NCBI GenBank assembly: GCA_010909165.1
Contig: MU008186.1
Coordinates: 682,001 to 746,000 of the forward strand
Length of the DNA: 64,000 nucleotides
Direction: 5' to 3'
Origin: Anthoceros angustus
Taxonomy: Eukaryota > Plantae > Anthocerotophyta
Below the pieces are notes generated by a model. That model saw nothing but the letters and a program-made list of their open reading frames with translations. It searched no databases and was not told where the DNA came from. The stretch's first letter is position 1; each line of letters begins with the position of its first letter. Position numbers and translations under genes: made by a program. Of this stretch, positions 23,711-35,825 are shown one piece after another.

Positions 23711-24514
23711 AATTAAACGTATTTGTTACAACAGCTCACAAGATGATGTATGAAGGTAGCCCAAGTTGGCGCTCACATTCTCTAGTCTCCACTAATTTTG
23801 CTGATGGTAAGCATGCTGATGGCCTCAGGAAGTTTGCTTCTGGTAAGAAAAACCATCTGCAGAATGCTGCAAAAATGTGGAGGGAGAGAAGAGTGTGACC
23901 TAATGAGCTCTTCCATTGGCAGATTAGAAAGCAGGCAAGCTTACTTCAGAAGCTTTGAGGCCTCAAGGACTCCACACTGTATACAAGAACAACCAGTAGT
24001 TATGCACCCGAGTATGCATCTATTACTATTATGTTGATACATATTAGTTTACATCCAATCTTGAAATACACCTCAGTTTTACAACAAACGGGGCTGCAAA
24101 TGCGTGCGTTTGATATTTGCAGCCCTGTTGTGGTTTTCCCACATACGGTATTGTTTTTACGTCCTAAGTGCTGAGGAACAATATGGTAGGACTATCATCG
24201 AAACTGGTGCAACACTCGAGATAATTCAGATGAAGAATCATTCATTTCATTCGTTTGAAAGCAAGATGCAATATTAGACTTACACACATGAGGAATCACA
24301 ACTGTTTCACCGTCTAGCTGTTCACATAAAAAAAACTAGTAGAGGTGGGGTGGCAACCTTCCTCAACTGATGAGTCAGCATAAAATTGTCACACATGCTT
24401 GCAATTTCATTGCAAGTGTTATACCGCGTATACTAACAAGGTGAAACCAAAGAAGGTGTGACCAATTTCAACTGTTACACCGTCTATACTAACAAGGTGT
24501 TCAGATGGAAATGA

Positions 24515-26578
24515 CTAGTAGAGGTGGTGTGATAGTCTTGGAGTCGGTACCGCCTCCAGGACGTGGGCTCTAGGAAGGGTGAGTCCCCACACTTCCTCCA
24601 TGTCCACGTCACTTGGTTTCAAGCCCTTGGGAGGGGTCCAGTCGAAAGCTTGAAGAAGCCTGGCCAGTCCATATTGCACCATTATTAGGGCCAGACCCAT
24701 CCCTGGGCACCCTCTGCGTCCTGTTCCAAATGCCAACAGTTCGTAGTGCTGCCCTTTAACATCCATGTCGGGTCTGCACACGTGAGTTCACATCGCTTGC
24801 AACGTAAGTGCTCATGCTATCTACTGTACATGTACTTCGTGATTTGATGCACTGAATCCTCAGAGCCGTAATTCGCAATGCAGGAGCTGCTACACAACAC
24901 GAATATGAGACGCTGCTCGTACTTTGTTCCAAATCTTACCTCTTCAGAAACCTGTCGGGATGGAATCCCATCGGATTGTCCCAGACTGCAGGGTCTCGGC
25001 CTATGGCCCAAACGTTGACGAAGAGGTGGTGTTGATAGGGATGTCGTAGCCCATCAGCTTTGTATGTTGAACGGACGCATGGGGCAAGCTCAAAGCGGAG
25101 GCAGGATGGAGTCGGAGTGTCTCCTTCACCGCAGCTTGGAGGTAGGGCAGGTTAGGAACGTCAGCTTCCGCCACCAGCCTCTCCTTTCCCACAACACTGT
25201 CCAGCTCTGCCTGCAGTTTGGCAGCGATTTCGGGATGCCGGACTAGCTCAGCCAGCGCCCATTCCAGGGCGTTGGAAGACGTGTCTGTGCCCCCACTATC
25301 ATGTTCTACACGAGGTGAAGTTGCACGTGTCAGGATTCCATCACTTCCAAACCCATGCAGTAGCTCTCCTCGGAGCCTAGAGCAATGTGTGAGGAAGAGT
25401 ACGTAATAAACGACTAACCAGGCAGAGTGCTTTGATGGTTGTGTCATTTAAATGGTCCAATCCATGTCTTGCTTGAAGCACAAGGAGATCATCAACAAAG
25501 TCGGGGTCCTTCTGCTTGGGATGTTGCCTGTGCTCCTGTAGTATTCTGGTCAAGAACTCGTCCACCCTCTTGTGACATTTCTTCATGCGAGCTTTCAAGT
25601 TGGTGAACAGATCCAGAACAGACAGATAGGGAATGTAATCCCCAATCAGCGGTAGTCCGAGCAGCACGAACATCTCTGAAATCACTTGTATAAACTCCTT
25701 CGCCTCCTCCGCCTGAACAAGGTACCCCGCTGCCACAGGTCAGTACCAGGTAGAATTTTTCCCAGTTCTACCGGACAGTCTCTACAAATTGGAACACATC
25801 CGTAGATGAAAAACATACATCGATCTCCAGCGGGTCGTCTCCTCCGGTTGCTCCACCCGCTGTTGACCCTAATCTCAGAAAATATTTGCTGAAGCAGATT
25901 CTCGTCATGGAATTGAAGGTGAACGCTGGCAGCACTGAGTTCATGTTGATGGTAGCTGACTGGGCCGCGTCGTGGTAGATGGCTTTCACCATAGCGGATG
26001 CTGCCTCCTCTCTGATGTTCGAAAATGTTGGATTTTCTGCTGCGTCAGAAGCTCACTTGTAACAATCTTCCTGCAGGTCACACAACAAAAAGCTCCTGAG
26101 GGTCCATCCAGGAGAGAGAGGTTCCCAACATCTTCTCGTTCGTCCACGTACTGAAGCAATTGATGCTTCCTAGTTCCGCTCACCTTGCGAACCGCCAGTG
26201 TTCCCCGTATGGAGAGAACGCAACATCCCTACCACCATACGCCAGGAGCTGAATGGCGGAAGTACGTGGTCGAGATGCGAAAATGTGGTCCTGGCGTTTG
26301 AACAACTCTTTGCACACCTCTGGAGAGGAGACCACAACGCAAGGTGTCACTCCCAGTCGCAGGAACATGATGGGCCCGTACCGCTTAGCCATATCCGTGA
26401 GCACATGGTGAGGCTTGCGCAGCTTGGAGGCAGTGAAGATGGTCAGATTTCCCAGCACCGGAATCCCCGCAGGCCCTGGTGGCAACATCAGTTTCGGCCA
26501 CTTCAGCCACCAATTGTACTTCAGCACAGCAAGGCTGAGGACAACAGTAACGAGAGCGGGCCACAGCCACACCGCCAT
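24515..26578 (-). CDS. Cytochrome P450, CYP71 clan (CYP-1); exons 26578-26184, 26070-25819, 25712-25419, 25305-24940, 24773-24515
   Basis: TM anchor plus [39 protein letters not shown] heme motif; four GT-AG introns. Three apparent -1 frameshifts (~26026, ~25292, ~25026) are all in homopolymers. Confidence 0.9.
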
Positions 26579-26829
26579 GGCAGACTATTTCACCACCCAG
26601 TGTATCGATTTGCGATGATATGGAAGGGAACCACCTACAGTACAAGTAAAGGATGCCCAAAGTCGAGGGCAGCTTGTTCGGTCCAATTTCAGAGGCTTTG
26701 TGCTGCTCTGGACGGCTTCTGTCCTTGAGCTGCATAAGCTATGTCTAGTCATGTCCAGTACATTACTACTGCTACAAAGATGATGGAGACAGTGGATATA
26801 TGTAAATTGGGTGATGGGTGCATAGTGGA

Positions 26830-27125
26830 TGTAGTGTTATTACAATATATCAAAATAGGTTATAAAGAATGTTCTAACAACAGGTTAACAGGTTACGGAG
26901 AATGCCTAAAATAGGTTATAAAGAGTGCCCTAAAATATCAAACTCGTATACTTTCCAGAAAGTCATATACTTTTTAGAAAGTAGTCTTCTTGAGTTTACT
27001 TTCTAGAAAGTCATACACTTTTTAGAAAGTAGTCTTCTAGAAAATCAAGAATAAAGGGCAAGTCAAGTCACCAGTAGGATTCAAGGTCAAGTGGCCAAAT
27101 AGGAGTCAAGATCCAGTGACCAATA
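26830..27125 (+). mobile_element. Degenerate solo-LTR fragment, same family as the Copia LTR at 55222-55575
   Basis: Shares ttattacaa.atatcaaaata, gagtgccctaaaa, ctagaaagt repeats and aaagggcaagtcaagt..ggattcaaggtcaagtg.cc with the reverse complement of 55380-55570. Confidence 0.7.
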
Positions 27126-27523
27126 GGAAAATTTATCATTTCATTAGTGTATATCTGTTATCCATCCGTCTATGTACGTAAACCCTAAATCTAATGGTGA
27201 AGAGAATAACCTAAAAACTCATGTTTCACAAGCAATATGTGCAAGCAAGGCAGTTGTCCTCATGTCGTGGTTTTGTCTAATAGTCTGTTACAGTTTTGTT
27301 GCTTCCTAGGTGCAAAGGATGAAATATGGATGAAGCCAGAGCAAGCCCAGTAGGCAATTGGCAGTATGGCAGGACTATGTTGAAAAGGCCTGCGTGAAAC
27401 ACTGAACATAACCACATGAAGAACCAATGATTCCAAAGCAAGCGTGCAAGATCTAGACATACGCACACGGAGAAACACCACTGTAACAAGGTCTATACTA
27501 ACAAGCTGTAAAGATGGAAATGA

Positions 27524-29580
27524 CTAGTAGAGGTGGTGTGATAGTCTTAAAGTTGGAACTGTCTCCAAGGCGCGGGCTCTGGGAAGGGTGAGTCCCGACG
27601 CTTCCTCCATGTCCACGTCCTCTGGTTTCAAGCCCTTCGGAGGGGCCCAGTCGAAAGCTTGAAGAAGCCTGGCCAGTCCATACTGCACCATTGTGAGGCC
27701 GAGACCCATCCCTGGGCACCCTCTGCGTCCTGTTCCAAATGGCAGCAGTTCGTAGTGCTGCCCCTTCACATCGATGTCGGGTCTGCACTCGTGAGTTGAG
27801 ATCACTTACAACGTAAGTAGTGCCATGATATCTACTGTACATGTCTTTAGTAATTTCACGCACTCAATCTACAAGGCAGTAATTCTCAATGCTGGCAGCT
27901 GGTACAGCAACACGAAAACGAGACGTTGCTGGCCAGCACTTTGAAACCTTACCTCTCCAGAAATCTGTCGGGTCGGAATTCCTTTGGATTGTCCCAGACA
28001 GCAGGGTCTCGGCCTATGGCCCAAACGTTGACGAAGAGGGTGGTGTTGGCAGGGATGTCGTAGCCCATCAGCTTTGTCTGTTGAAGGGACGAATGAGGCA
28101 AGTTCAAAGCGCCAGCAGGATGGAGCCGGAGTGTCTCCTTCACCACAGCTTGGAGGAAGGGCAGGTTAGGAAGGTCAGCTTCCGCCACCAGCCTCTCCTT
28201 TCCCACAATACTGTCCAACTCTGCCTGCAGTTTGGTAGGAATGCCGGGATGCCGGACTATCTCAGCCATCGCCCATTCCAAGGTGTTGGCAGAAGTATCT
28301 GTGCCTCCCAGTAACATGTCCTGCATGAGTAGGAATTGCACGCGTGTGTCATGATTCAACCACCTCCAAACCCGTGCAGTAGTTCTCCTCAAAGCCTAGA
28401 GCAACGTGTGAGGTTAGAGGAATAAACGACGAACCAGGCAGAGAGCTTTGATGGTTGTGTCATCTAAATGGTCCGATCCATGTCTTGCTTGAAGCACAAG
28501 TAGATCATCCACAAAGTCGGGATCCTTCTGCTTTGGATGTTGTCTGTGCTCCTGTAGTAATCTGGTCAAGAACTCGTCCATCCTCTTGTGACATTTCTTC
28601 ATGCGAGCCCTGAAGTTGGTGAACAGATCTAGCACAGACAGGTAGGAATGTAGTCCCCAATCAGCTGTACTCCAAGCAGCGCGAAAGTCTCTGAAATCAG
28701 CTCTATGAACTCCTTCGCCTCATCTGGCTACACAAGTTACCCAGCTGCCAAGAGTGAGTACAAATTATTGAGCAATCATCTCCACAAATTGGGACATCTA
28801 GATGAAAACAATTTGCATACATCGATCTCCAGCGGGTCGTCGCCTCCGGTTGCTCCAGCAGCTGCTGAGCTCATTCTCACGAAACATTTACTGAAGCAGA
28901 TTTGCGTCATGAAATTGAAGGACAGCGCTGACAGCACTGTGTTCATGTTGGTGGTAGCTGACTGGACCGCGTCGTGGTAGATAGCTTTCACCATGGCAGA
29001 TGCTACCTGCTGTCTGAAGATCGAGAACTGATTGATTTTCTTCTGCGTCAGAAGCTCCAGTGCAACTATCTTCCTGCAGATCACGAAACAAAACAGAACT
29101 CCTCAATCACAAATCGAGACGGGTTCACCAGTTCTTCTAGTTCTTCCACTTCCCGAAGCAACAGACGTTTCCTAGCTCCACTTACCTTGTGAATCGCCAG
29201 TATTCCCCGTAAGGAGAGAACCCGACATCCCTACCACCATACATCAGGTTCTCGATGGCGGAAGTATGTGGTCGAGATGCGAAAATGCGGTCCTGTCCTT
29301 TGAACAGCTCTTTGCACACCTCTGGAGAGGAGACCACGACGCAAGGTGTCACTCCCAGTAGCAGGAACATGATGGGCCCGTACCGCTGAGCCAGATCAGA
29401 GAGCACATGGTGAGGCAGCTTGGAGGCAGTGAAGATGGTCAGATTTCCCAGCACCGGAATCCCTGCAGGCCCTGGTGGCAACTTCAGCGTCGGCCAGTTA
29501 AGCCACCGATTGTACTTCAGCACAGGAAGGCTCAGCATAATTGTCAAGAGAGCAATCCACAGCACTAGTAACACCGCCAT
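27524..29580 (-). CDS. Cytochrome P450, CYP71 clan (CYP-2); exons 29580-29186, 29073-28821, 28727-28435, 28320-27953, 27782-27524; ~522 aa
   Basis: All P450 motifs present ([27 protein letters not shown]). One -1 frameshift in a CCC run at ~28645. Confidence 0.92.
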
Positions 29581-30229
29581 GGCAGTGCACGACCCACTGT
29601 ATCTGAGATTTTCGATGATGTTCTAAGAGAAACTATTTCAACTGTCCAGCACACTACTGCTACTTCTACACGGGACCTTCTCTGTCTTCAAATCCGTGTG
29701 TGGAGTACAACCAGTTCCATGGATGCTTCGGCTCAAACCTTGAGTAGTTGTCGACACCATCTCAAGATCAGGCAACGAGTAACGATCGAGTAGGTGGACG
29801 GCCACCTAATTTGTTCACGATGACAGATCATTGTGACAACGACTCACCTGGAGGCTGCTAGAGTGCTCCTGCTCCAGCTGGAGCCTGGATAGGCGCCAAA
29901 GTGATGGTGACAAAGAGAAAACCACCCCATTTGCTGAAGACAAAATGGATATCTATCTGTAGAGTTGTGTAGGTGATGCAGAGCATCGGGCCAAGCTCGA
30001 CATCAAACACAGGTGTAGTGTCACTCTTCTCGACCGGACCTCTACTGGAACCGAATCAGGTGGAATCCAAGCTTGCAATATGTGCGTAATAGAAATTTGT
30101 CCATTCCTTGCAATTTTCTCAACCCAGAAAGATTCGTGGAAAAGTATCTAATCACGTTTTCACCAGCAAGTTGCTTTATCCTCTGCAGTAGCAGTCCCAC
30201 AAGAGCGGCCATGGACGTGTGATGCTGGT

Positions 30230-30390
30230 TGGGATTTTGACATAACTGGCAAGAATTCTGGGTTCAGCCCTTCCGGAGACAGGTTGTCTTGGCATACAAT
30301 TAGGCCTCACCATGTTTATCATGGTATGGTCCAGCTGTTGGTAGCTTTGGTGGGCAAAGCCTGGATCCCCGGCCCAGAAGCCCAAGAATT
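30230..30390 (+). pseudogene. Degenerate P450 last-exon remnant, opposite strand to the cluster
   Basis: DFDITGKN..PF..RGCLGIQLGLTM..QLLVALV..PGPEAQEL across frames; resembles the heme-binding exon. Confidence 0.4.
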
Positions 30391-30423
30391 ATCTAACTTT
30401 AAAACAAAATAAAGTTGTTATCA

Positions 30424-30569
30424 GGGCATTTGGTCTAGTGGTATATGGTTCTTGATTCATGGCCCATGGCGGCATGTCCGTCCTTAGTGGACTCGAAATA
30501 AATTGTTTGTTTGTTTGTTTGTTTGATTAGGATGTCAAAGGTACGCGAGTTTGATATTCGCAATGCCCT
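30424..30569 (+). pseudogene. tRNA-Pro(AGG)-derived pseudogene interrupted by a 65-bp insertion
   Basis: 5' half GGGCATTTGGTCTAGTGGTAT and 3' half AGG..GCGAGTTTGATATTCGCAATGCCC match plant tRNA-Pro as recalled. The acceptor stem and T-stem still pair. Confidence 0.75.
30458..30522 (+). mobile_element. Short 5'-truncated non-LTR retroposon-like insert with (GTTT)n tail and a 6-bp TSD (TTGATT)
   Basis: TTGATT at 30452-30457 and 30523-30528; AAATAAA followed by (TTTG)5 at the 3' end. Confidence 0.6.
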
Positions 30570-30984
30570 AAACAATGAACAACATTACCTATGTTTGCTT
30601 TTTAGATAAAATTAATTTTGGCGTCCAAGCCACAACTTAGCCATGACTCATCGGAAACTTTGGCGGCCAAGCCTCAGTCAAGCGTAACCCTGGGGGAAAA
30701 AATGGGGTGTTTGACGACCCAACATTCGAGGGCGAGCGGGTGACTACTGGGATGGGATCGGGTGTTTGCCTCAAGAGTCGAGGACATCTCAAAGATTGAT
30801 CAGCCCAATGTTTTAAACATAGTTACAACAAGTAGCAACGACGGCACACGACTGACAGATGGAATGATCCTGGAAAAGAACCGTCTAGCTTGCCCTGATC
30901 TACGTACACATCTACCTAGTCTAACTGCTGAGACACGTGTGGCCAGTAGAATGTACAACAAGCTGTCCGGAGAAGTGCAAATGA

Positions 30985-32942
30985 CTAGTAGAGGTGGTGT
31001 GGAAGTCTGATGGTTGACACTGCCTCCAGGGCATGGGCTCTAGGATTGGTGAGCCCCCACACTTCCTCAGTGTCTACGTCTTCTGGCTTCAAGCCTTTGG
31101 GAGGGGACCAGTGAAAAGCTTGAAGAAGCCTGGCCATTCCATACTGCACCATGATGAGGCCCAGAGCCATCCCCGGGCACCCTCTACGTCCTGCTCCGAA
31201 TGGCAGCAGCTCGTAGTTCTGCCCTTTCACATCGATGTCGGGTCTGCATCCAAGCATCCGGTACACTTCAATGGAAAACATCGACATTGCAAAAGCAGCA
31301 CTTTTAAGTTGCAAGTTTGAATCCAAGGTTACCTCTCCAGAAATCTGTCGGGACGGAATTGCAACGGATCGTCCCACACAGTAGGGTCTCGGCCCATGGC
31401 CCAGACGTTGACGAAGACGATGGTGTTGACAGGGATATCGTAGCCCATCAGTTTGGTCTGCTGAAGGGACAAATGAGGCACGTTCAAGGCACCGGCAGGA
31501 TGGAGCCGGAGTGTCTCCTTCACTACAGCTTGGAGGAAGGGCAGGCTAGAGAGGTCGGCCTCCGTCACCAGCCTCTCCTTGCCCACCACTGAGTCCAGCT
31601 CTGCCTGAAGCTTGCCAGCAACGTCGGGATGCCGGACTACTTCAGCCATCGCCCATTGCAGAGTGTTGCCAGATGTATCTGTGCCCGCCAGGATCATTTC
31701 CTGCACCAAGTGGAGTTCCAATGCGTTTTTGTCATACGATCCAACCTCCAAACCCACGGGTTTCTCGACTCGGAGGTCCAACTGCTTCCAAGGAGCTGTA
31801 CCAGGCAGAGTGCTTTGATGGTTGTGTCATCCAAGTGATCGCATCCATCTCTTGCTTGGAGCCCGAGGAGATGACCGACATAGTCAGGGGACGGGTCTTC
31901 ATGCTGCTCGGAATGCTTCCTGTGCTCCTGCAGTAATCTGGTTAGGAACTCGTCCAACCTCTTGTGAGCTTTGATCATACGACCCTTGAAGTTGTTAAAT
32001 CGATCCAGCAGAGACAGGTACGGAATGTAGTCTCCAATCAGCTGTACTCCAAGCAGCGTGAATGCCTCTTCAATCAGCTCAGTGAACTCCTTTGCCTCCT
32101 CTGCCTGAACAACCCAAATGCATCATCCCACAAGTTACAACTAATGTGAAGTTGGACAAAACAAAAAACAAAGTGCAGTCCTAGATCTGCATATCACACA
32201 TGGGGACTGCGAGGTGAAAGCAAACCTCACTTCGATCTCCTTGAGCTCCTCCGCTGCGGTTGCTTCAGGTGCCGAGTTCCACGGTAGTAAATATTTGCCG
32301 AAACAAATTTGCGTCATGAAGTTGAAGGTGAGCGCTGTCAACATAGTCCTCATGTTGGTGTGAGCTGCCTGAACCGCATCGTGGTAGATGGCTTTCATCA
32401 CACCAGATGCAACCTCCTCTCTGAAGCGCGAAAACTCATGGATTTTCTTGTGCGTCAGAAGCTCCAGGGTAGCAATCTTCCTGCCAGTGTGGGTGACGGA
32501 TTCAACAAAAACGCTAGACAGCTGGCGAGCATGGTCTTCATGATCATGATCCACTCACCTTGCGAATCGCCAGTGCTCCCCGTATGGAGAGAAGGCGATA
32601 TTCCTACCATCATACAGCAAGTGGGAGACGGCGGAAGTACGAGGACGAGATGCGAAAATGTGGTCCTGGTTTCTGAAAAGCTCTCTGCACACCTCTGGAG
32701 ACGACACCACGACGCAAGGTGTCAATCCCAGTCGCAGGAACATGATCGGGCCGTACTGCTCGGCCAGATCGGAGAGCACACGGTGAGGCAGCTTGGAGGC
32801 AGTGAAGATGAGCAGATTCCCAGCACCGGCACCCTGACAGGCCCCGGTGGTAAATTCAGCTTCACCCAGCTCCACCGCCGGTTATACTTCAGCACAGCAA
32901 ATGGGAATAGGAGGCAGCAATGATCCACACCATTACCGCCAT
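30985..32942 (-). CDS. Cytochrome P450, CYP71 clan (CYP-3); exons 32942-32559, 32480-32231, 32104-31802, 31700-31333, 31243-30985
   Basis: [30 protein letters not shown]. Two apparent frameshifts in exon 1 (~32912, ~32818). Confidence 0.9.
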
Positions 32943-33293
32943 AGCAAATCTCCGATTTGCGATGGGCTCTCAAGTCCTCACCCACAAGACACGTGAATAG
33001 TTCAGATGTTGAAGGAATACTGACGTCTTGTGAGTGACTGCAGTTCGTGGACTTGGAGTGGATCAAACTCCCAGTTGAGCTTCACCACCTAACTCAGGCA
33101 AGAGGTTTTCAATGGGAACATGGGAAGAAGAAGAGGAGAAGTCTCTTACAGTCCACTTGGATGGAATTTTCCTGTAATGGGGCAAGACAAAAGACAAAGT
33201 CATCCGTTTCGTCACCGACATCGGAGACAAAGACTGAAGTGGGTCGAAGACGCTAATTTCCGTAAAATTTAAAACAACACATACTAATTGCAG

Positions 33294-33364
33294 GTGGCAG
33301 TGGTATAGTGGTAGAGCAGAATCCCACCATTCCGTTGACTCAGGTACGATTCCCGGCCGGCATT
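33294..33364 (+). pseudogene. Degenerate tRNA-Gly-like sequence (pseudogene or SINE head)
   Basis: A box TGGTATAGTGG and B box GGTACGATTCCCGG at tRNA spacing; colinear with tRNA-Gly(GCC), but the acceptor and anticodon stems are broken. Confidence 0.5.
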
Positions 33365-34569
33365 CCTCTCCTGCAGATTATGTACAAACAATAACCGAGT
33401 TAAACTGTAAACCATGGTAGGATGCACCTGTAGCCACCTTTTCGTTGTTTTTCCTTTGCTGATTAACCTTAAAGGACGAACCTATTCAAATTGAGTGGTT
33501 GATGATGAGCCTTCTTCCTTTTCCTTTGTTGATTAACCCCTTAAGAATGAACCTACTTAAATTAAGTGGTTGTTAATGTGCATTTTGGGGTGTGGGATTT
33601 CTTCTACATCGATTCTTTATCTGAGCATATGTGCCTGGCATTGAGGAAAACATGTGGATTTTTAGAGCGGAAAAAACCCTAAATCCTAAACCTGTCCTGG
33701 TCCATGTCCAATGATGGGCATGGAGGCGAGATTCTTGAAAGATCCTTGAACCAAGGCCCGACTACATGCGAAAGGAGGGTCTTAGTGTGAAAGGCCGAAG
33801 TGTTGCTTTGTAAATTTGGATGGGTATGCTTCTTATCTCCAATCATAGTGATTTTTTGTGAGGATGACTATGGCCTCGCCAGGAATCCGGACAAAGTTTG
33901 CTCAACCCAAGAGTTTGCCATGCTCCTTCCCCGAGTAAGGATGCTCTTCCATCTCACCGTGAGCATGAAGTGCCGCAACGCATTAGAAATTTGTGGAACG
34001 GGCGTCTAAGACCCTCTCTTCTTACAAACACATGAGCGGATACAACTCTGCATAATGGTAATTGTAGGAGTGAAAACAAGGTCACCTGATTTTCTTGTAT
34101 TTAAATATGAATAAATAGCTGCAATTTAGCCCAGAAAACAGGCTTTGTATTATAAGGGTTAATCTGCTACTTGGCAGCCGATTTATGAGCCACAGGCTAG
34201 GGAGTTTGTTGATTAACTTGCTGCTTGGCAAAGGGTAGGAGTGCGAAGAACATGGTTGGAATGCATGATCCATCATGTTGGTAGAACAAGTTACTATATA
34301 AAAAGGTTATGATTTATGTGATAAAATAGTAATTTTTAAATTAATTATTATTAAATAGATAAAGAAAATTGATTATAGGACTTGGCAATGCACAAACACG
34401 ATACCATGAACAGATACCATGATAATGCACAGGCAGGATAGCGCTCTACATAGACATCAATCAAAACCTATTCACTGAGATAATGAGAATGAGATATTCA
34501 CTCAAGCTCCTCCCTACGTAACAAGCAAGCATACGCTGATTGTCGGACAATTTCTTCTCACAGCTTTGG

Positions 34570-34710
34570 ATGGGAATGCTCCAAGTTCTTGCCAGCTCGA
34601 ATGGGAATGCTCCAGGTTCTTGCCAGCTCGAATGGGAATGCTCCAGGTTCTTGCCAGCTCGAATGAGAATGCTCCAGGTTCTTGCCAGCTCGAATGGGAA
34701 TGCTCCAAGT
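34570..34710. repeat. Minisatellite, ~4.5 x 31 bp
   Basis: atgggaatgctcca(a/g)gttcttgccagctcga at 34570, 34601, 34632, 34663, with a partial copy at 34694. Confidence 0.95.
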
Positions 34711-35213
34711 CCTAGCAAGCGGGAATGAGATAAAAGAATGAACGCTTCGAGCTTCGCAATGGATGATCAAGACCGGTAAGTGCTCCACAGAGTGAATACT
34801 CGAACGACATGGCATACACCAGTGATAGGATTTCCTTTTTGGTGAATAGTGATCATGTTAAATAAAAAGTGTTTATTTTTTCCAACTCAAAGGAATGTTT
34901 CCGAGTGTATTGGATTAAATTTTATATGCTAGATATCTATTCTCAAAAGTCAAGGAAAACTTAGTGAACACCAAGACTCAAGGAGACTTTCCCTATATAT
35001 GCTTCAGAACTCTCAACCACTTATCTTAAAACTAATTTAAGAGGCTCATAATCCGTTCAATCTCACAGATAATTTAGGTGAGACCAGAATTAAAGAAAGC
35101 TTTCTCTATATATGCTTCATAACTTCCAAGAGCTAGTGTTGTATGTAAAACAAAGGGTCATCATTTGTCTACCTCAAACCAGTAACTAGCACTAAGATTC
35201 CCTTTAAAGTTCC

Positions 35214-35825
35214 ATGGATATTTCGACAAGTGCCAGTCATATGAAACAAGTGGATAAGATTGTTGCAGGGGATACGGTCGTTTTGGAGGGGCGTCCTTGT
35301 TATGTAGAGGAAAATACAAAAGGTGGTAATTTTTACTTTCTACGTGGTAAAGATATTTTTACTGAGAAAGAAGTCCACACTTATCTCTTATTTTCCAAGC
35401 AATGTCATACGTGTGAGGTTGTACACATCAAGTATTTGGTAATGTCCATACATCAACTAGATGGAGGAGCATACGTTGTAACATTGTCACGTGACAATAT
35501 AGAAGCACCCTTCCAGCTTCCTTCTGAAGAGGAGAAGCTTGTGAATCTAGTAAAGGACGGCCTAAACAAGGGACATGATATGCAAATGACTCTAGTCTTC
35601 GTCTTAAAAGAAACTCAAATATCAAAAGAGTTTTATATTGAGTATTTATATGATATGACTTCGACACAACCACTTTGGGACTTTCACAAAATTAGGTCAA
35701 ATACCACGGATGATAAGTTTGATTGGTGGTCATTCAACAAACAAAAAGTTGAAAGACATTCCTCTTTAGGAACTTGGACCCGCAGGGAACTGAAATATTT
35801 ACCATGGTCAGCAAAGAAGATGTGA
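35214..35825 (+). CDS. Divergent intronless eIF5A-like protein (203 aa) lacking the hypusine motif, with a ~65-aa C-terminal extension
   Basis: GRPC..DIFT.K..C.V.H..Y..LP..L...KDG..GHD...V...ETQI aligns over the full eIF5A length. TATA-like ctatatatgc at ~34995 and ~35105. Confidence 0.75.
   Translation: MDISTSASHMKQVDKIVAGDTVVLEGRPCYVEENTKGGNFYFLRGKDIFTEKEVHTYLLFSKQCHTCEVVHIKYLVMSIHQLDGGAYVVTLSRDNIEAPFQLPSEEEKLVNLVKDGLNKGHDMQMTLVFVLKETQISKEFYIEYLYDMTSTQPLWDFHKIRSNTTDDKFDWWSFNKQKVERHSSLGTWTRRELKYLPWSAKKM

Noticed and set aside
24336-24362. Micro-remnant reading RLPPHLY* (similar HLY* at ~37455)
   Set aside because: Under 30 nt; could be a local duplication of a P450 3' end but is too short to call.
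30640-30765. 5S rRNA-like words (cagtcaagcgt; gggcgag..tactgggatggg), suggesting Cassandra/SINE3
   Set aside because: The matches are short, gapped and wrongly spaced, and no LTR or TSD was found. Not supportable without an alignment.
26198-32923. Long plus-strand ORFs (e.g. 26198-26728, 27889-28314, 32309-32923)
   Set aside because: Antisense shadows of GC-rich P450 exons.
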